Source: Phallusia mammillata (Eukaryota). Taken from it: DNA of 64,000 bases. The translations under genes and the position numbers were made by a program. The notes beneath the pieces were generated by a model. The model was not told where the DNA came from and ran no database searches. It saw only the letters and a list, made by a program, of their open reading frames with translations. This document shows, piece after piece, positions 1 through 10,261 of this stretch. The first letter of the stretch is position 1. The number at the start of each line of letters is the position of its first letter. The stretch is taken from positions 1,364,001 through 1,428,000 of the forward strand of contig OZ281494.1 in assembly GCA_965637545.1 (NCBI GenBank), in the 5' to 3' direction.

Positions 1-1156
1 AGTGGCGTATCAAGCAACGTCACTTGCAAATGTAACCATCTCACCTTGTTCACTGTTCTGCTGGCTGTCGAGACCACCACCATACCAAATGGCGTCAAGG
101 TAAAGATTTTAGTGTCTAATAAATCACTGACAACTGAGACAAACTTTGTTTCAGATCACATCTTACGCCACAGAATCAACGTCAGTCGTGTTTCTGATTG
201 CCACCATAGTAATCCTCTACAAGTCGAAACACAGCGGAGATCGGGTTCCGGTTCAAATCAGCTTGTCACTGGCTCTGCTACTCTTCCACGCAGTCAACCT
301 ATCCCATGATCTTGCCGTAATGCACGAGATTCCATGCGTGATTCACACAGCAGCCAATCAATATTTGTTGCTTTGTACAGGTAAATAACTAACTAAATAA
401 TTCTACCATTAAAAGCTGTTTGTGATCGATTGTAACGTTTGTTTCAGGAATGTGGTCCCTGGTCGAAGGTATTCGTCTATTGATGGCCACTTCCTTTCCA
501 GTCGAGTTTCAAACTCAGGATTCAACGAAACGTCTCAGGGTCTTTATGCTCACTGGCTGGCTTATTCCCGCTGTATTAGTGGGAATATCTACTACTGTGG
601 GGTTTCTCATGGGAATCTACATGACGCCCCAACCGCTAAACGAGCAGTGTAAGGAATTTATACAGGTTCAAAAGTACGACAGATGCTGGTTGACGTCCGG
701 TACTCCGATCTTCTACACAACGGTCATCGCTCCTCTTTCTCTTGTCCTCTTCATCAACATGATCATTATCCTGAAGACAACACATGTGATGCTGAACTCG
801 AGAAGGATGCAGAACAGAGATGAAGATCCGGGGACTGGAGATGCATTAAGAGCTGCTAAGACTTTCAGCTTACTCTTCCTCATGCTTGGTGGAACTTGGG
901 GTTTGGGTTTTTTCACAGGTAATAATTCTACATTGGATCTTTCGAACTAGGAACAGATTAATTACGTTGATGTAATGCTAAATCAATAAATGTTAAGCAC
1001 TCTTTCCTTTTTGCAGGAATTGGCAACGAGATTTCGAATGAGGTGTTCATGTACATCCACAGCTTGGTGAACGGATCGCAGGGAATCGTCGTCTTTCTGT
1101 TGTATTGCGTCATGGATGACGATGTCAGAAACGAATTTCTACCGTGCAAGCGGTGA
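1..1156 (+). CDS. Adhesion GPCR, 3' part (GPS + 7TM, very short C-tail); exons <1-99, 155-380, 448-918, 1017-1156
   Basis: Frame +1 from base 1 gives SGVSSNVTCKCNHLTLFTVLL (GPS motif CxCxHL|T.F). GT-AG introns keep the frame through TM3 'MWSLVEGIRL' and TM7 'NGSQGIVVFLLYC', ending ...NEFLPCKR* (TGA 1154-1156). The 5' part lies outside the window. Confidence 0.93.
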
Positions 1157-1699
1157 GCTTATTTGATCTGATTCACGATTATCAGGACAAACACTAAGGA
1201 AGTAACATTTGTGACAGTCTTATTCGTTAGTTGGCTCAAACTTGTTGAGTACTTAATACTAAGGTCTACGTCTCCTTGATATAATTCTGTCTTCAACAAC
1301 ATTTCTTGATAGTAGCATTCATGTGTTTGAAATTTTTTGCTTATCTTTCTTGTACTTTACTGTAATATGTCGATTAACAGATGATTTAACTTTTGCGTTA
1401 AGTCGTGTTTACGTGAAAATAATCTGTATTTAAAATCAGTGTTAAAACAAAGTGCAGTGTCAGCAGGCATTTAAAACTTGATGGCGCAAACAGTGTTGAA
1501 AATGTTAATGTAAACATGATGTCCTAGATGTGTTAATTCACTATTTGCAGGTAAAAAAATCCATTATTTTCTAACGACTCCCAGAATTTATTTACTGTTG
1601 TGGACTTTTACAATCAGGTTTCTTTTTAAATTCTGCACTGTAGTATGTGTTGTGATTTCTATTGTGCATTGTGATTTAGTGGTAATTTTACTTCAATGT

Positions 1700-2040
1700 G
1701 TTTCCACGTCACTGACGAACACATTGAGTTCCTCTCACCCGACTGTCTCTGGGCAATAGTAGACGTTAAACTCCAGGAAATTTATCGATAAAAACACATC
1801 AATGCACGTCCTCACCTGTAATACTGTCGTGTTATGGCAGTTCATTCTTGTCGCGTCAAATGCACATTTTCCTCTTTGCACTAAGAACCACTGCAGCGAT
1901 GACATGTTACAGGCGCGTGATATTAAACGAGTGTGACGTGTGTACAATAAGACTGAGTGACTTATGTACAAAGGCAATGACCATTTCATTTTGGGAGAAT
2001 TGGTGCACTACCGAATCAGTAGTGTACACAACTTCTTGAA
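1700..2040 (-). pseudogene. Possible decayed GAIN/GPS-like coding remnant
   Basis: One minus frame reads VIAFVHKSLSLIV..FNITRL*HVIAAVVL...CVFIDKFPGV*...RGTQCV with several stops. The resemblance to GAIN subdomain B is loose and judged by eye only. Confidence 0.25.
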
Positions 2041-2919
2041 AATTCGTTACTTTATCAAAGTTACTTTATCAAAGCGAAGTATGTTTAATATTATTAGCAC
2101 TTAAATCAGCACACTTGATTCGTCTTTTTAAAAATATTAGAGATATACACGTTTCTCTGCAATGTCTTCAATAAACAATTAAATACTTTTTTTACTTTGC
2201 TAATACCCACGCACCGCATATAAAAGCGCCGGTTTGCGGTGGTCGTTTTGTGGCCGAGATATATCCAAACGTCGATGTGACTGTCAGACTCTCATCTGAA
2301 TCTACGTCATAATTGGCAAAGAAGAAAATGATAAGGGATTTGGGCTTTTTACAGGGTGTGACATAATTAAGTGACAACTATAAAATACAGGTTTCAAAAG
2401 ACAAACATAATATGAACACAACAGAGAACAGGAAAGAGTAATTTGGACGCTGGAGTCTACACCAACCTGAGATAGAAACTGATTGTTCGTAGGATCTCTA
2501 TTAACCTAGCATACAGTTGTGTCTGCGAAAGCAAATCACAAAAATTAAAATAATCTACGAATGATCGGTATAAAGTGGAAATCACAGTGAAAGATCTACA
2601 TCGTCATTTCAGCTGAATAATTGATCTTATTCACAACATCCCACCGTCTGCACTAAACTGCACAAACGTTTAAACCAAATAGAACGACAGCTTTAAATGA
2701 ATGCACACTTGCAATATAATTTGTATCAGATGCTAGCAATTGTAATTTGCTCTGTAATTACGATTGGTTGCGCTTTAGGAAACAGAAACCAGACATGGCC
2801 ACATAAAGTTAGAAAATTACAGTTTGTTATTATTTTGTTTTTATTATCTTGGACCAAACAGTAGACGCAATGAAAAGTAGGTGAAAACAGAATCTGTCCG
2901 CCAACCACAAACTGAATTG

Positions 2920-3243
2920 ATGACTGGAAGTTGGTTAAACACATTTTTATAAATTACCCTGATACTATCGCTTATAGGGACAAACTAAAAGTAAGTCAGT
3001 TTGAAATACCACTTCACATATTTAGATGTGATCATCTAAAGTTCTAAACCAAAGGGATGTTGTCAGTGATTATCTTTTCGTTGTGCACAAACGCAATTAC
3101 ACGACGACATTTCCAATTCAATACAAAAACGTCGTTTAGGTTGCTTTAGTCTTAGGTTTTTAGGCTTTTAGGTTAAGTTGCTTTTAGGATTTAGGTTAAG
3201 GACAGTGTATTGATATCATCTGATGATTTTGTGAATGCAAACT
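2920..3243 (+). pseudogene. Truncated remnant of the CTLD-PTP receptor family (signal-peptide exon + piece of CTLD exon 2)
   Basis: 2920-2990 aligns to the gene B signal exon (ATGACTGGA..TGGTTAAACACA..GGACAAACT.AAA|GTAAGT) but has TAA at 2950-2952 and is 2 nt short. 3201-3243 matches GACAGTGTGTTGATATTATCTGACGATCTTGTGGATGCAAAC of exon 2. Confidence 0.8.
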
Positions 3244-4793
3244 CTTCAGCGCCCTTCACCGGAGAAGTCAAACACGAATACGAAAGCTTCGAACCTACAA
3301 ATTCAAAGCCTACATACGTAATAATAACATAATCAGTTTGATTCCTTCTCTACTAATTTGTTTTTTGTTTTAGTTACTGCCTTCATTGAAACATCTTTTT
3401 ACTTTAATGTGTGTAGTGCTTGGCAACAGTCTGTGCAGTTAGCATAGTCGGAAACAGATTAGAAGACCGAAACTCTATGTTACAGCGCAAAAAGCTTCGT
3501 AGAAAATTGGTTCAAATTATGTATGAGTTTATTGAATCAATTAAATGCGTAAGATATGTTTTGAAAGCTCCAATGACCACAATCTTGTTCTGAATTTAAG
3601 GGAAATTGAATGCTGAAATTATTAATTATTACCAGTAAAAAAACTATTAGGAATTGTATGTGAGATAGTGTTTGTACTTTGTTCAAAAATTAGTTTGCTG
3701 TTTGCTACTATGTTCGCTCTTGTGGAATTTTACCTGCTATGTTGTGTAATAGCAATGTTGATTTTGCATGATGTCAGAGCTGAAATAACATCTCCACGTG
3801 TTGACATAACAACTGGATAAAACTCTGGCTTGTAATTTTGACAGAGCCATCAATCAATATCGAGAGTATGTTTATTCGACTTGTCACCCTTACACACACA
3901 TGCGTGCTCTACATTAATTTACACGAACATGTTTGGTTGTCTGGTTACGTTTGGGCTATTTGGTAGTTTAAGTATCCACATGTGCTTTATGACTTGATGA
4001 CATTAATGGAAATCACATAGGTATGAGATGGATTTTTGTTTGTTTTGTATCTTTTAAGTAGCCTAACACAAACACACGTATAATATTTACTTGTATATGC
4101 GGTCAGCAGTAGTTCATTTCAAATTTGCAATTAGAAATAGTGAAAAGTGTATTATTTACTTTCATATACTAAGGCAACCACGCAGCTCGTCAAATACATA
4201 TCGAACACGGCACAGATGTTTTGAATGTTGATATTAAACAAAAAAAGGAATAATCTATTCCCTTGCGAGTAGCGGTAACGTCATGATTATTTCTGAATAA
4301 ACTGGCGAGTATGCTTCTTGTCAGGATTGTACTTTGCCTTAAACAAAACTCTTGTGTTTACACACTATCACATTAAGTAATAATTCATCTATACTACAGT
4401 GCACACGAAATACATACGACGTCATATTGAACGAAGTCAATCATCGTGTTTTTGTGTAACAAGCATGAGCATGAAACAATTTGGCTGAAGTCATCTCCAA
4501 GTTGCGACAGAAATTTGTTTTGAGGAGTCGCTCTGTCAACAGCTCATAGTTCCACGTTTTAGTTAACGTGAATAAGGTAACTGTTGTGCATGATCTCCCA
4601 CACAGTGCTTTTGCAACGTAAGTAAATGTTTTCTCCACAAGCATGCGTCTGTTTTAAAAACATTTACTCAGAGGAAAAACAACAAGTCATTGCTAACACG
4701 GATAGCTGGACAGACAGATGCACATGGAACAATAGTGATTGACTAATTGGTTGAGTGTTGTATGGTTCAGATGTTGAGGTGAATTGGCCAAAT

Positions 4794-4810
4794 CAAGAAC
4801 TAGCTAATTG
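4794..4810 (+). promoter_or_regulatory. Conserved upstream block CAAGAACTAGCTAATTG (gene A copy; gene B copy at 9992-10008)
   Basis: Exact 17-mer found ~317 and ~270 bp upstream of the A and B start codons, inside otherwise diverged homologous upstream regions. Function is inferred. Confidence 0.4.
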
Positions 4811-5085
4811 CCACTTACCAGACACACGGTAGCTTAAAACGCTGTAAACAATTACCATTGCGTTCAAACGTAGAATGTTGATTTTAAACAAAACGACACT
4901 TTTATATTATTTCACATCATTATCGTCAGTTTGGGAAGTTGCAATATAAACATAATTAGTTATTGCTAATGGAAACAAACACCTGGCATTACTAGATAAA
5001 ACAAGCTTGTGTTTAAAACAATCCTTTATTTCTTCAGAAAAGATTTTGATTTTAGCGTATCCGAAAGTACATGTTAGTTTAAAAT

Positions 5086-5097
5086 TGTTCGCCAACC
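5086..5097 (+). promoter_or_regulatory. Conserved start-proximal motif TGTTCGCCAACC (also 10237-10248; variant 2895-2906; related CGCCAAACC on - strand ~30270-30281)
   Basis: Found 14 nt before the ATG in A, B and the 2.9-kb remnant; a related motif lies at a similar distance before the ATG of D/G. Confidence 0.45.
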
Positions 5098-5110
5098 AAA
5101 AACTGAAGTG

Positions 5111-7743
5111 ATGCCTGGGCATTGGTTGAACAAATGTTTAGAAATTTTGCTGATTGTTTATTGTTTACAAGCACAAACTGAAAGTAAGTGTCAATTAATA
5201 CTAGCTAATAAATTTTGACAGTGATTTATTTATTCAGATAATAACGCAAAGATTAAAACAAGGAAACAAAAAAGTTCAAAACATTTTAGGTTACCAAATC
5301 ACTTTTCAAGCAGTGGAGGACAGTTTATTGTTATTATCTGACGATCTTGTGGATGCAAACACTGCACAGGAGAAATGTTCGTTGCTGGGTGGAAATCTTG
5401 CAATGACTGATGACCCACAGATCAACATAACTCTCACTCAACTCATGACAGACAAATACACGACAGGTTTGCTTTGTTAAAAAGGGGAAGCTCAGCATTG
5501 TTTAAATGCAAGTTTTAGCGACAAAAGTGAGTTATTGAATATTATTAGAGATTTAACCACAAATCAACCTTTTACCGCAAGTCAACTGAATAGAACAGAA
5601 TTTGTTTCAGGATTGCAAAGGGTTTATCTTTTTTATGATCAATCTAAAAAATACGAACGCTACAAATACTCAAAAAATCAGACTGAAATTGCTTTCTGGA
5701 GTTCAACAAAATCTCTCGGACATCTGTGGTATTTCGACTTGTATAAAAGGTGAAGCTTTTTGTATGCACGTGTTGGTTTTGAGCAAACGGGCAAAAGAAC
5801 CAACCTAATAACAACTAACCTTATATCACTTGACTATATGTATAATTTTCAGTAAATCTGAAACCGAGATGCAGGACATTTACTTTTGTGATGCTCCAGA
5901 ATGGGCGACAAAAAACAAGGCTAAGTGGGGAGTCTTTATTGGTAAAACATGTGAATATCTTTTGAACGGAAATCCAAATGGTTCGTGTCACCCAGCTTGT
6001 TTACGCATATTCCTAATAATATGTAAACCATACCTCAGTAGTTACTATTTTTAGATACTTTATTAAACGTTTTCAAAATTACCTTCCATACTTCCAAGCA
6101 TCTAACTTTGCCCTCAGTGCCAAAACGTCATGGATTAATTTTTTTAAGAAACTAATGTATTTTCATTCATAATTCAATAATTATTTGAATATGCTCATTG
6201 CGTAACAACTGTGTGCGAAAACGATCACATGACCGAAACATTTTGCAGGATGGAAAGTCAGATTTACATTGTTTTCTAAAACATCAAAAGGACAAAAAGA
6301 GATATACAACTATAGAAGCAATAGCTTTGGTTCGGACAAGTTGCGCAGTGTGAATGAAACTGACGGAAATTTCTTAAACTACAAAGGATCGTTCCTGGCT
6401 CCAGGTGAGTTTTGTTTCAAAATATAAAAATACACTACGCCGGTTTGGATTCCCAAACACATACAATTTTTAGACATTAACGTTTTGGTTGGAGCTCGTC
6501 ACAACACGTCGTTGAATGGTTGGTATTGGAGCGACGGATCTTTTGCAAACTTTCCTGTTTCCAACGTTACAACTTGCCAGCAGGGAGCTTTGCATTATGG
6601 AATCGGATGGGAGCAGTCAAGCATGAACTGCAGCGGTGAACCGGCTTACTACGCCTGTCAAGTGAAACGTGAGTGTGATTATATTTATAACTTACATTAT
6701 ATAAAACTTCCCAACTGCATTGTCATATGCAGTTGTCACAACCGCAAAGACACTTCCGTGCAACGCTTCAACAGTGGTGGTCAGTTGGAGTGGACTCGAA
6801 AAATTTATCAACATAAATAGAAAATTTGCCCAAGTAATATCGTCTGTCTAAAAGTTGTTTTCTTAGTATTTGTATTAGATATCACCAGAACTTGCTTTGT
6901 CTTTTGGTTCAGGTTGAAATAAATGTTTTGGAACCAAACTGGAGAATGTATTCTTTGTACAGCGATTTGTCAAGAACTGTCAATAATCTTAACTACTCAA
7001 CTAAATACAATATCAAGGTACAATATTCTTTCCAATAACAACATAATAATAACTAGACCAGGCTGTTTGGTAACAGTGTGAGTAAATTGTCAAAGAGTGT
7101 ATTGTAATGTTTACTCATCTGGCTGATTTTTATCCCCCTTATTGTTGCAGGTAATAGTAATGCTTTGTGGTGTGCAGAGTGCTAATGTCACTTCAAATAT
7201 TGTAGTGAACACTTTCGGGAATCCCCCATCGAGTTGCTTTCCTCGAGGTGAGAAGAACATGACATGGTCCAGCATATTCCGTACATCTTGTAAGTAAAAT
7301 AGTAAGCAATTTTGATTCTATTTAGGAATTTATTTGGAAAGCAAATCGTTTGTTGTTTGGAGTCAGTAAACTATAAAATGTAAAAAAAAGTAGGCATCGG
7401 GTAGGACCAAAAACAAAAGGTAATGGTATTATATTTTAGCACTGACCACATTATCACCAACAAACCAACCAGTTGACAATGGTGGTATTTATCTGACAAT
7501 CATTGGGATTTTGGCTGGTGGAATGGTGTTTCTGGTGGTTGTGATTGTTGTATTAGTGATTTTGCTATTACGTCAAAAAATGACTAACCAAGCAACAAAC
7601 GCTAAGTCACAAAATCAAACAACAAAAGGTGAGGGAAGAAAAGTGCACAAATACTAGTTAACAAGTGATATTATGTTTTTGCAGGTTCCTCTCTCGGTAA
7701 AAATGCAAACGAGCGGGTGTACGAAACCTTTGACAAATTGTAA
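5111..7743 (+). CDS. Gene A: phosphatase-less type I receptor (SP - split CTLD with insert - 1 FN3-like - TM - short tail ending VYETFDKL), 472 aa
   Basis: 11 GT-AG exons: 5111-5183, 5290-5466, 5611-5749, 5853-5980, 6249-6404, 6474-6668, 6733-6833, 6913-7017, 7151-7247, 7440-7628, 7685-7743. Total 1419 nt, no internal stop. SP is MPGHWLNKCLEILLIVYCLQAQTE. CTLD motifs: [13 protein letters not shown] and GWYWSDGS..C..GW..MNC..YYAC. TM is IYLTIIGILAGGMVFLVVVIVVLVILLL. AATAAA at 7980. Confidence 0.88.
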
Positions 7744-10261
7744 CCAAACTGTGACAATTAACTGCGACCAAGAGTGGCACTCGATTGTGCTTGTACGTGT
7801 TTTGTTTCTGCTTTCGAGCTTTTCTCAACAGATTTTGGCTTTTCACAATCTTTCTTAGTTGTACAGTTATTAAGACTATTTGTGGATTATCTAAAGTGTA
7901 TTTTCGGACTCCCGTTGTCCCTACCTTTTCTGACTGGAAAATTTCCTTCTTTAGCATTGTTATGACATAATCGTTGCTCAATAAATATGTATCATTACAA
8001 TAACAGATGTGAAAGTCTCCTTTTTTTCTATGAATGTGATGTTGTGCGTTGTAAAGTCATTACATTAAATTTCGCAAACATTTTGTTTGTGTTTATGAAT
8101 TACATAAAGTTAACGATTTTTTTTTGATGCGCAACAAAACCATTCATGTGTGTCTCATGCCACTTTTCATCAACTAGAAGTTTATTAGATTATTTGTTAT
8201 CGGGTAGTGTTTTCGTTGCGTTTTGACGTGCTTGCGTTTAATTCGTTTTCCTTCGTTTATCGTGCACTGTACTATGCATATTAAAAATACTATTGCCAGA
8301 AGAGATCTATAAATTTGATTTGTTTATTGAATACCATGGAAACTAGGGTTGTTTATCGTCCTGGGGATGTTTAATAACTAATCAATGTTACATTACAGTA
8401 AACCAACGTTTTGCCTCCTATGATGTGTAAATGCTACATTTGCTTTGCATGACGTCAGAGGTGTAAGAACATCTGTACGTGATGACTCATAACAATTACC
8501 TTTGTCACATGTGTATAATTTTGTCAGGGCCACTAATGTATGCTTACGGTATGTAAATTTATCCAGTCGTACCTTGTGCTTATATATATATTGTAAGCCG
8601 GGGCGTTCTACTAACAGAGCTCATAGTTATATGTTGCAAAACACATCCATCGATGTACTTACAAATGATCGGCATGAAGTGGAAATTGTTAAATAAGTAA
8701 ACAGAAGTAACATCAGCAGTGATTTTCAGCTGTACTATGATTAACGACATCCAGCCGTCTGCTGCTGCTCCGTGCTGCATAAACGTCTAATGATCCAAGT
8801 ATTCCATTTGTTTTATAAATTGTAATGGATAATACTGTAGATTGGGTGGACGGAATTCAGACAACTGTTATGCATTATATCCCATGCAGCGATTCCGCAA
8901 AGTCAGTGAAGCTTTCCCACACAGAGAGTGTTTTGAATACAATTCATCAAAGATAAACCACGAAGCATGAACGGTGTAGATTGCTTTTCGGACAAATGAT
9001 AAAATACACCTTCGATATTTAAGCGTTAATCAAGGCGGAACTTGGAGGACGCTAGATAAGCTCTACGCGAAACTCACACTCGGTACAGTAATAAAACAAT
9101 TATGACGCTTCGCATACAGTGCCTTAATGCCCTCGCAGATCGCATAGCAAGAGACAGGCATGGATCACTTTTCAGACAGATGATAGTGAACAACATCAGT
9201 TGCGCAAAATTTTTTTGTTTTCCAGGGAAATTGTATTGGCTAACAAGAACTAACTATTTGACTTCAACTGTGTTTCGCGTTGCTCAGCATGTGGGCATAA
9301 AGCGCAGAGTTGCTGCCCGATCGATATTCGTTAACCTTGTTAAGAAGTTTACGACTGGAGTGCTGTGGAAACCCCGCAACGTAACTGATACATATCCAAG
9401 AACAAGGGAGAAATCCAAGCCCTTGTAACGTAACGTTACTTCGTTTCTCAAAAGTTTTCCACTGGAAAATGTTCTGTATAATTTACGGTTCACTTCACCA
9501 AGCGTTAAGGTGATGTTATTATAGAATAATATTGACTTGTCTGTTCCTTGTCAGGATTGTACGTTACCTTGCACAAAACACAATCACATTAAATAATGAT
9601 TTAGTTATGCCACAGTGCACATGATATGCAAGATGAGATGTTCCAACCACGTCATTATACGCATTTTCGTGCAACATGGCGTAGACAGTAAAAGCATACG
9701 ACAAGTCAAATCCAACCAACAACAGGAACCTGCTGTGAGGAAACGCTCTACTAACATAGCTCACAGTTTAAACGTTACTTGGTAACTGCTGTGCATTATC
9801 CCCCACCCAGAGCTTTTGAAACGTAGGTGAATGTTTCCCACACACCGGTGTATGTTTGGAAGTCAATTGCTCAGTGGCAAAACAACAAGCCATGGTTAGT
9901 GCCGAATGCTTAGAAGAGAGGTGCAGCGCAAAACATCAGTTGAGTAACACTGTAGTTCGGCTAAGATATTAAGGTGATGTAGCATGACAAACAAGAACTA
10001 GCTAATTGACTACCTCCAATCGGGGTTTTAAATAAATTTGCAGCCTTGTAATATCACTTCCTAATACAAAAGAGCTATTCGATTAAAAAACAAGCGTAAC
10101 AACTTATAAAACCTTCTGCCAAAGCCGCTAGCTTTTGTGAATGACGTTGCAAAGCAATTATTAGTTTGTTTTAAGTACTTTGCTTCATCTCGAAACGAAC
10201 AGTAGACACAAACGAAAGTGTATGATCAGCACAATCTGTTCGCCAACCCAAAACTCAAGGG

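Noticed and set aside
7720-7740. Canonical ITIM/ITAM in the cytoplasmic tails
   Set aside because: The Y-2 residue is R or Q rather than I/V/L/S, and there is no YxxL-x(6-8)-YxxL pair. Reported only as Tyr/SH2 or YxxPhi motifs.
8800-9500. ORFs 9102-9428 and neighbours between A and B
   Set aside because: No domain motif or exon structure recognised. Possibly old repeat debris.
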